Origin: Rikenellaceae bacterium
GTDB lineage: Bacteria > Bacteroidota > Bacteroidia > Bacteroidales > Rikenellaceae
Reading direction: 5' to 3'
NCBI GenBank assembly: GCA_047178665.1
Contig: JBCQTK010000005.1
Span: 8,722-72,721 of the forward strand
DNA length: 64,000 nucleotides
Both the position numbers and the translations under genes were made by a program. The notes beneath the pieces were generated by a model. The model ran no database searches. It was not told the origin of the DNA and saw only the letters and a list, made by a program, of their open reading frames with translations. This document shows positions 1 through 6,869 of this stretch, one piece after another; the stretch's first letter is position 1, and every line of letters starts with the position of its first letter.

Positions 1-254
1 TCGACGTTAGGCTCAACCGAATCACGGGTAAGTACGACGTCTATATCGCTCACGGAGAGTATATTAGCTCCTATGCAGGTCTTTCGTCGGTGAGTGTCGA
101 GAAGGAGTCAACGGTGGCACGTGGCGCTGCGATAGGGGTGATCGGCGAGGCTGTCGACATCATCACGCTCGAGAGCGAACACAAGATTGTATTTGGCATC
201 TATCCACCGACGACAAAGGAGACGATCACTGCCGCAAGTTGCTTCAAGCGATAG
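1..254 (+). CDS. C-terminal fragment of an M23/LytM-family protein (EnvC-like murein hydrolase activator), truncated by the window edge
   Basis: Frame from nt 3 reads DVRLNRITGKYDVYIAHGEYISSYAGLSSVSVEKESTVARGAAIGVIG...KR then TAG at 252-254. This fits the M23 pattern (v-i-x-H-g-x-y-x-s-x-Y-a-x-L...V..G..IG) but has YAGL in place of the HxH zinc ligands. Confidence 0.6.
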   Translation, partial: DVRLNRITGKYDVYIAHGEYISSYAGLSSVSVEKESTVARGAAIGVIGEAVDIITLESEHKIVFGIYPPTTKETITAASCFKR

Positions 255-285
255 TGGCGAGGGGATCATAACACAAACAAGAATT

Positions 286-741
286 ATGGCAATCCGATAC
301 TTTAACGACAACTGCACATATCGTTTCGTGGGGCGACGCACGATCAACCGCTGGCTGCGCGAAGTGGCTCAGAGCGAGGGGTATAGAGTCCTCGACATAG
401 GTGTTATCTTCTGCTCTGCGGAGCGTCTGCTAGCGATGAATCGGGAGTTTCTGCAACACGACTACTACACCGACATCATCACCTTCGACGACAGCGACCT
501 TGAGGGTGGCGTCATCTCGGGCGAGCTATTCATCGACGTCGAGACTGTGGCGGACAACGCGACACTCTACGGCTCGACACCTCTGCGAGAGATGCACCGA
601 ATCCTCGTTCACGGCACTCTCCACCTATGCGGACAGGGCGACAAGAGCCTTGAGGATAGTGTGGAGATGCGCGCGAAGGAGGATCGATACCTCTCGTTGC
701 TAGATGCAATCGTGGAGGAGAGTTCTAGCCCAAGAATTTAG
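286..741 (+). CDS. ybeY: rRNA maturation endoribonuclease YbeY
   Basis: HDYYTDIITF and HGTLHLCG (HGxLHLxG) motifs. ATG at 286 follows an AT-rich leader. Confidence 0.93.
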   Translation: MAIRYFNDNCTYRFVGRRTINRWLREVAQSEGYRVLDIGVIFCSAERLLAMNREFLQHDYYTDIITFDDSDLEGGVISGELFIDVETVADNATLYGSTPLREMHRILVHGTLHLCGQGDKSLEDSVEMRAKEDRYLSLLDAIVEESSSPRI

Positions 742-2311
742 TTTTGCGCCTTGCGAGGTTGCCATTTTTCGAGCTCTCGCGCTCCACTACGCCCGTCAAT
801 ACGTCGGCTGCATCGTGCCATCTGTTTGCGCGGTAGCTGCGACGATATGTTATGAGGTGCGCCGCGAGCGACTGCCACCTCTGCTGCCACCCTGCGGGCA
901 TACGTATGCGGTGGATGACTGTCGCCGAGTTCGATAGTATGCGCGCCTGTTTGTTGGCGCTCTGATGAAACCACTCCACCTTAACCTCGGCCGCTAGAGC
1001 CTGTACGGAGCGTGCAAATCCACGACCGCCGTTGTTGCTCTCGATCACGGCGCGCGAGGTGTTGTTGTCGTTGAGCATTGCGGCAACGAGGGGTTCGCTC
1101 ACCTCCATTGGTTCGCGCGTGTAGACCACGTCGGTAACATAGATCAATCCGTCGCGCCCCACGGCGTAGCAGATCGAGCAAAGGTAGTCGTCGCCCATAT
1201 CGGCGGTGTCGGTGTAGTTCTCGCGCCGCAGCAGATCTGTCGGCAGCTCCTCGTATTCCGCAAAGTTGTCGCCATACAACAGCCCCTCTTTGGAGGATGG
1301 ATTCCCCTGATACATACACTCGAAACGGAGCGGATCGAGCGCGCGCTTCTCTAGCAGTAGCTCCCTCGACTGCCTCGACTCCCATAGCGCCTCACCCACT
1401 TGGCGCGGATCGAGCTGCGTGGGGCTGGTGCTTTTGAGCGCCTCGAAGTTGAGGTAGAGCCAGGTGTTGGAGGGGATGGTGCCAATCTGTTCAAACGACG
1501 TAAATACCTCGTATGGCTCGCGTCGCGTGAGCGTTCCGATAAGATCATCCTCGTGCCAGCGCGTAAAGACTACCAGTTCGCTAGAGGTGTTGTGCATACG
1601 GGTCTTAACCACCGACGTGTACCACTCGACACAGTTCTCGCGCACGAGGGGCGAGTTTGCCTCCATCGCATCTTTGTAGAGGTCGTCGAGGATGAAGCAG
1701 TCGACGCGGTTGCCTGTGAGCGAACCCTCGCGACCGACAGATAGGAGCGACCCCTGCTTGTCGATTATCTCGACCTCCTCGCTGGTGCGTATGTAGTTTG
1801 CAGGTTTCGCCCCGCGCTTGATGGTTGTCGAGGGGAATATCTCCGCATACTCCTTCGATTCGAGCAGTCGTTGCACGCGTCTATTGAACTTCGAGGCGAG
1901 CGACGACGAGTAGGAGGCGATGGCGATCCTCAGATCGGGGTTGAGCCCCAGCATATAGGCTGGCAGAAGCGTAGTCGCACCCAGACTCTTGCCGTGCTGC
2001 GGTGGCATCGTGACTATGAGTTTGCGGATCTCGCCGCGCGCAAAGCTATCTAGCAGCTTGTAGTAGATCGAGTGAAATGGCTCAAATTCAATACCAAACG
2101 ATACGGATTGAGCAAATATTTCAAAATTCATACTCTCATCGCCTTTTTGCTGAATATGAGGTATGTCGGACGAAAAATCGGACATTATTGTTCTATTTGC
2201 CGTATTTGCGCCCTTTTTATCGTTGTGCAAACACTCGTTTTTGTTATTCCCATTTGAACTTGATTTGTTAGTGTTGTTTTTTATTCTAAATTTACGCTTG
2301 CTGTTCGCCAT
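725..2311 (-). CDS. terL: Phage terminase large subunit (ATPase plus RNase H-like nuclease), orphan
   Basis: Walker A MPPQHGKS, ASYS, GSLTG, Walker B FILDDLYKD, TRWHEDDL coupling motif, YQGNP, nuclease DTADMGDDY, ESNNGG and HDAADVLT. ATG at 2311 lies 2 nt after the upstream stop; alternative starts are 2323 and 2131. Confidence 0.9.
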   Translation of the reverse strand: MANSKRKFRIKNNTNKSSSNGNNKNECLHNDKKGANTANRTIMSDFSSDIPHIQQKGDESMNFEIFAQSVSFGIEFEPFHSIYYKLLDSFARGEIRKLIVTMPPQHGKSLGATTLLPAYMLGLNPDLRIAIASYSSSLASKFNRRVQRLLESKEYAEIFPSTTIKRGAKPANYIRTSEEVEIIDKQGSLLSVGREGSLTGNRVDCFILDDLYKDAMEANSPLVRENCVEWYTSVVKTRMHNTSSELVVFTRWHEDDLIGTLTRREPYEVFTSFEQIGTIPSNTWLYLNFEALKSTSPTQLDPRQVGEALWESRQSRELLLEKRALDPLRFECMYQGNPSSKEGLLYGDNFAEYEELPTDLLRRENYTDTADMGDDYLCSICYAVGRDGLIYVTDVVYTREPMEVSEPLVAAMLNDNNTSRAVIESNNGGRGFARSVQALAAEVKVEWFHQSANKQARILSNSATVIHRIRMPAGWQQRWQSLAAHLITYRRSYRANRWHDAADVLTGVVERESSKNGNLARRKTKFLG

Positions 2312-2313
2312 AT

Positions 2314-2604
2314 CTATTGACATATATAATCCTTAAAAATTGAGAAGTCGAAGTCGTTGTCTACCTCACCTTCGGGCGTTGTTGTGTGGAGCTCCCACCA
2401 CACTGGGACTAGCTCTTTGATGGTGTATCTATCTGATCCATCGCAATATTCGCGTCGATGATAGGGTATGATAGTTGCTACTAGGCGTATCTCTACATCG
2501 TCCTGTTCGAATTCGATAGTGCCCGAGTAGAATGTGAGCGACGATAGATCCTCCAAAAACATACCTACAAGACGTGAGTAGGTGTTAGGTGAAAAAATAT
2601 ACAT
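2314..2604 (-). CDS. Hypothetical acidic protein (96 aa), probably co-transcribed with terL
   Basis: ATG ORF downstream of a consensus promoter. Its stop is 2 nt before the terL ATG. It carries a distinctive PVWWELHT segment; I recognise no family. Confidence 0.75.
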   Translation of the reverse strand: MYIFSPNTYSRLVGMFLEDLSSLTFYSGTIEFEQDDVEIRLVATIIPYHRREYCDGSDRYTIKELVPVWWELHTTTPEGEVDNDFDFSIFKDYICQ

Positions 2605-2631
2605 AATCTTTGTGTTTTTTTATGTGAAAAA

Positions 2632-2700
2632 TTGTGAAATGTCCCGCAAATTTCTTAACTTTGCAACGACAAAGGTAATGTCATATATTGAACTTTACAA
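2632..2700. promoter_or_regulatory. Face-to-face Bacteroidota sigmaA promoter pair for the repressor (+) and orf96-terL (-)
   Basis: + strand: TTG 2632-2634, 21 nt spacer, TAACTTTG 2656-2663. - strand: TTG 2700-2698, 20 nt spacer, TACCTTTG 2677-2670. Confidence 0.7.
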
Positions 2701-2732
2701 TAGTTTGATGTAAAAAATTTATACAAAAAATT

Positions 2733-3416
2733 ATGAAACAAAAAGTAAACGAACGCTTCAAGCTGATACGCAAGGAGTTAGGGATGACGCAAGATAAACT
2801 TGCAAGTTATCTTGGTGTTGGAAAAGCGGCGCTTTCGATGATCGAAACAGGCAAGGCTGGACTTTCATCTAGAAATTTGAACATTTTGGTTCAAGAGTTT
2901 GGAATTAATGCAGAGTGGGTGGAGACTGGAGTTGGCGAGATGTTTAACGCAGACCCCAACATCAATAAGTATCTTCTCCGTACGGACTCTAGTGTGCCAC
3001 TCCAGAGTGTGCCCCTCTATTCGATTGAGGGTACGGCTGGGCTTGTGCCTCTATTCTCTCGTACCGAGGTGACAAAACCTGTCAACTTTATCCACATCCC
3101 GAACCTCCCTAAGTGCGACGGTGCGATCTACATCGTTGGTGACTCGATGTATCCGCTACTCAAGAGTGGCGACATTGTGCTCTACAAGCAGGTATCTGAT
3201 ATGAGTGACATCTTCTGGGGCGATATGTACCTAATGTCGATTGATATGGATGGCGAGGAGTTCATCTCGGTTAAGTATATCCAGAAGCACGACGACGACC
3301 GTTACGTGTGGCTGGTGAGTCAGAACCAACACTATGCAAAGAAGGAGCTTGAGAAGAGCCGTATCCGCGCACTAGCATTGGTGAAGGCTAGTATTAGAAT
3401 GAACTCTATGCGATAG
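2733..3416 (+). CDS. XRE-HTH plus S24 peptidase repressor (phage CI / LexA-like)
   Basis: N-terminal RKELGMTQDKLASYLGVGKAALSMIETG HTH, Ala-Gly cleavage site (GTAG), catalytic Ser in GDSMYP and Lys in SVKYI. Confidence 0.92.
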   Translation: MKQKVNERFKLIRKELGMTQDKLASYLGVGKAALSMIETGKAGLSSRNLNILVQEFGINAEWVETGVGEMFNADPNINKYLLRTDSSVPLQSVPLYSIEGTAGLVPLFSRTEVTKPVNFIHIPNLPKCDGAIYIVGDSMYPLLKSGDIVLYKQVSDMSDIFWGDMYLMSIDMDGEEFISVKYIQKHDDDRYVWLVSQNQHYAKKELEKSRIRALALVKASIRMNSMR

Positions 3417-3449
3417 TCTCTAGCGCGCGATATTCGCGATGTGCTATAG

Positions 3450-3484
3450 AGAGAGGGGGATGACGTTGCGTTGTCCCCCTCTCT
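3450..3484. terminator. Stem-loop downstream of the repressor gene (possible terminator)
   Basis: AGAGAGGGGGA (3450-3460) pairs with TCCCCCTCTCT (3474-3484). There is no adjacent U-tract, so the function is uncertain. Confidence 0.45.
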
Positions 3485-3649
3485 AGTCTGTTGGTCGCGA
3501 CATTTTTTTTAAAAAAATATTGTTTTCTAACTCGCTGAGGCTCTGCATTACTAACCTCGGGGTAACTAATGTACTGCGACGTACCTACTTGTATAACTCG
3601 TTGTGAATCTGTAGCTTTGTTGGCGAAAATAAAACTAATTCTATAGATT

Positions 3650-4903
3650 ATGAAGAGCAAACTAATGTGGGCAGTCGCAGCAACTGCCATTGTAGCAGCC
3701 CTCCCGGCGGAGGCGCAGCAGTTTACAACCTACGATTTGCCGAACTCAACGCTTCACCTATATCAGACGGGTGACGTAATGGGTGACGCGTCGATAATCG
3801 TCGAGGGTAAAAAGTCGATAGTCATTATCGAGCAGCCCCTCTTTAACGCCAACATTGAGGAGTTTGGCGAGTATGTGAAGGGGCTCAACAAACCCGTCGA
3901 CTGTGTCTTTGCGAGCTATCACCAGGGTGGTCTGACGCCCTATGCAAAGGAGAAGATTGTGATGCCTAAGTCGATGATTGAGTTCAGTAAGAGCCCAATG
4001 TCGCAGGGTATGATCGCGAAGTTCAAGAGTAACTTTGGCGACTCGGCAGATCTTGAGCCATTTGGTAAGGTTGTGGGTGTGTCGCTCCCCTCGAAGCAGA
4101 AGTGGGCAGGTGTTGAGTTTGTATTGACGCCAGGTGTAGCGTCTGACTTCCCTGCGGCGAGTGCGTTGATCGACGGTGCAGCCTACTATATGCACTTTGC
4201 GCCATCTATTAGCCACGCCTCACCGATGGTGGTGCGATCTGTGGCGGCTATAGACTATCTGCTCGATGAACTCCGTGCTGTCGAGGCGTCGGGTGCGAAG
4301 TATATCTTCGGTTCGCACGGTGCGCCTGCCACGAGGGAGGAGCTGACGTTCCAGATCGCCTATCTCGAAAAGTTGAAGGCTGTGCGCGCCACTAGCTCTA
4401 ACCCCGACACATTTGCGCAGCGTATGCTGATCGCCTATCCGTCGTTGGGGGGGTATGAGAACCTACGCCCACTAGCGGCAAAGCTCTATCCTGACTTTGT
4501 GGCTGACCCCGTCAAGGAGGAGGTGAGGGCACGTATGCAGGACTATCTTAATATGGTCTCGGGTCTCGATATGGAGATCGCAAAGGGGCTGTGGGCAGAG
4601 AACGACGAGGCTATCTCGATCATCACGCCTCGTTCGCACTTCATCGGTTTCGACTCTATTATGAACGACTTCCTTGTGAAGGCATTCTCTAGCTTCAAGT
4701 CGCGTAAGTTGAGCTCGGTGAGTGAGGTGATAAATGTATATGGTGACTCTGCGCAGGTGCAGCTATACTGGATGTTCGACACTGTCAACGCCGCAGGTGA
4801 GGCGAAGCGTGGTCGTGGTCGCGAGACCTTGGCGTTCGAGAAGATATGTGGTGAGTGGCGTCTTGTGCACGTGCACTACTCTCCGCTACCTGCGGCGCAC
4901 TAG
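3650..4903 (+). CDS. Exported protein with a degenerate metallo-beta-lactamase-fold domain fused to a C-terminal NTF2/SnoaL-like domain
   Basis: Signal peptide ending AEA-QQ. MBL-like topology (ASIIVEG, VIIEQP, FASYH, IFGSHG). The C-terminus GRETLAFEKICGEWRLVHVHYS is typical of SnoaL/NTF2. Promoter TAGCTTTG at 3612-3619. Confidence 0.6.
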   Translation: MKSKLMWAVAATAIVAALPAEAQQFTTYDLPNSTLHLYQTGDVMGDASIIVEGKKSIVIIEQPLFNANIEEFGEYVKGLNKPVDCVFASYHQGGLTPYAKEKIVMPKSMIEFSKSPMSQGMIAKFKSNFGDSADLEPFGKVVGVSLPSKQKWAGVEFVLTPGVASDFPAASALIDGAAYYMHFAPSISHASPMVVRSVAAIDYLLDELRAVEASGAKYIFGSHGAPATREELTFQIAYLEKLKAVRATSSNPDTFAQRMLIAYPSLGGYENLRPLAAKLYPDFVADPVKEEVRARMQDYLNMVSGLDMEIAKGLWAENDEAISIITPRSHFIGFDSIMNDFLVKAFSSFKSRKLSSVSEVINVYGDSAQVQLYWMFDTVNAAGEAKRGRGRETLAFEKICGEWRLVHVHYSPLPAAH

Positions 4904-4911
4904 TCGTTGCG

Positions 4912-6771
4912 TTAATTGTTATATTGATTGTTGTGTTGGTAGGCGCGCAGACCTCTCTCGAGAAACTCCACATACTCCTCTATGTTGAGGTTGTAGCCCG
5001 ATGGGGGAGTGAGCTCCTCGCCGCTGCGCCCGAGGAGTATGTAGTAGGGTTGTGCGTTGACTCCGAAACGAGTGAGCGCGAGGTGTGAGTTGATGCGTCC
5101 AACATTTTTGAGTACTCTCCCTGAGTCGGTTGTAATCCAATCCGATTCGGGGAGTTCTCGTTTCTCGTCCATATATAGCTTCGCGATGACGTAGTCGTTT
5201 TCGAGGATAGTCGCCACGCGTGGGTCGCTCCACACCCTCTGCTCCATCTCGCGACAGTTGACGCAGCCGTGACCAGTGAAGTAGACCATCAGTGGCTTGC
5301 CGATGGTGTTGGCGTATGCCTGTGCCTCGTCGAGCGCGGTGAAGCGCTGAGGTGATGCGGAGGGGGAGGTGGTGGCGGACTCCGTTGCGAGCTCCGATGG
5401 TGGGGGTAGGTAGCCTGCGAGGGCGGGGAGCGGACGACCCCACATACCTGGTAGCATATATAGTACGAATGAGAATACGGCGATCGCGAGGGCGAGGCGT
5501 CCCACCCCGATATGCTCCACCTTGTCGTCGTGCGCAAATCGGATCTTCCCGAGCAGGTAGAGACCTAGCAGCGAGAAGGTGACGATCCAGATGGCGAGGT
5601 AGAGTTCGCGGCTAAGCAGCCCCCACTGATATGTTTGGTCGGCGACACTGAGGAACTTCAGACCCAGCGCGATCTCGACAAATCCGAGCACTACCTTGAC
5701 GGAGCTGAGCCAGCCGCCACTCTTGGGTAGGCTTTTGAGCAGCGAGGGGAAGAGGGCGAGCAGCACAAAGGGCAGGGCGAAGGCTGTGGAGAATGCCAAC
5801 ATCGTGATGATAGGTTCCCAGAACTCGCCCGACGTAGATTTGATTAGCACCGATCCCACGATCGCACCTGTGCAGGAGAACGACACCAACACCAGGGTCA
5901 GGGCGAGGAAGAAGATGCCCCCCACAGAGCCTTTGTCGGCGCGGCTGTCGCTACGATTGACCCACGACGAGGGAAGAGTTATCTCGAACGCCCCGAAGAA
6001 CGAGGCGGCGAATGCCATAAAGACGAAGAAGAAGAGTAGGTTGGGCAGCCAGTGTGTGGCGATCCAGTTGAATATGTCGGCTGTGATGGCGTCGCCCCCC
6101 AGGAGGTAGGTTGTGAGGATGATTGCAGCGATCGGCAGGGTGTAGAGTCCAACGATGAAGAGTCCATAGAGCGATGCTGCCCATCGTCCGCTACCCTCGC
6201 CCTTCATAAAGAACGATACGGTCATCGGCACCATCGGAAAGACGCAGGGGGTGAGCAGTGCCGCAAATCCCCATAGTATAGCCTCGATTATCACGATCCA
6301 GAGAGCGCCTGTTGACCCCTTTTGTGGTGATCCCACCTCGAACGAGAAGAGCGCCTCGGCAGGGGGGGTGCAGCTCATACCGCTGCACGACATCCACTCT
6401 GCGGTGAGGGTTGCGTCGCCTCGGTGTGGGGCTCGTACTCTCTGTCTGAATGTTACGGAGTTGGAGTATGTGCCGACCTCCGCGGCGAAGATCTCGTCGT
6501 ACTTAATTGTCGCCTCCTCTACGCTCTCGACGCCGCCTATGAGCTCTGCGCTGTCGGGCAGGGTGAAGCGGAGCGAGGTGGGGAATACCTCGTCGTAGCT
6601 GCGTGTGTCGTAGATCTTCCACCCCTCGTCGATGGTTGCGGTGATCTCGATCTGATATGTAGAGTCGCCAAGATTCTCAATGCGGGGCTCGCTCCAGGCT
6701 ACCTGTGCCGAGAGCTTCGTGGTGGTGAAAAGTAGTGCCACGAGGGCGAAAAATAGATTGTGTTTTTTCAT
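4912..6771 (-). CDS. dsbD: Thiol:disulfide interchange protein DsbD
   Basis: Signal peptide, N-domain CSGMSC, TM domain LTPCVFPMVP and SFSCTG, C-terminal thioredoxin GCVNC. ATG at 6771. Confidence 0.9.
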   Translation of the reverse strand: MKKHNLFFALVALLFTTTKLSAQVAWSEPRIENLGDSTYQIEITATIDEGWKIYDTRSYDEVFPTSLRFTLPDSAELIGGVESVEEATIKYDEIFAAEVGTYSNSVTFRQRVRAPHRGDATLTAEWMSCSGMSCTPPAEALFSFEVGSPQKGSTGALWIVIIEAILWGFAALLTPCVFPMVPMTVSFFMKGEGSGRWAASLYGLFIVGLYTLPIAAIILTTYLLGGDAITADIFNWIATHWLPNLLFFFVFMAFAASFFGAFEITLPSSWVNRSDSRADKGSVGGIFFLALTLVLVSFSCTGAIVGSVLIKSTSGEFWEPIITMLAFSTAFALPFVLLALFPSLLKSLPKSGGWLSSVKVVLGFVEIALGLKFLSVADQTYQWGLLSRELYLAIWIVTFSLLGLYLLGKIRFAHDDKVEHIGVGRLALAIAVFSFVLYMLPGMWGRPLPALAGYLPPPSELATESATTSPSASPQRFTALDEAQAYANTIGKPLMVYFTGHGCVNCREMEQRVWSDPRVATILENDYVIAKLYMDEKRELPESDWITTDSGRVLKNVGRINSHLALTRFGVNAQPYYILLGRSGEELTPPSGYNLNIEEYVEFLERGLRAYQHNNQYNN

Positions 6772-6792
6772 ACTCCTAAAAATTACTATTTG

Positions 6793-6839
6793 CAAATATA
6801 GCAATTATTTTGCAATGCGAGAGGAATTGATTATCTTTG
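6793..6839. promoter_or_regulatory. Divergent -7 promoter elements for dsbD (-) and leuS (+)
   Basis: TATATTTG on the - strand (6800-6793) and TATCTTTG on the + strand (6832-6839). Confidence 0.65.
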
Positions 6840-6869
6840 TGGCTAAAACTGAGAAAAATATAACAAAAT

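Noticed and set aside
3406-3690. 94-aa minus-strand ORF in the repressor-MBL spacer
   Set aside because: It overlaps both neighbours and runs through hairpins and a promoter; no coding signature.
725-4903. Intact prophage or phage satellite
   Set aside because: No integrase, replication, structural or lysis genes and no flanking direct repeats that I could find. Only terL and the repressor are phage-like.
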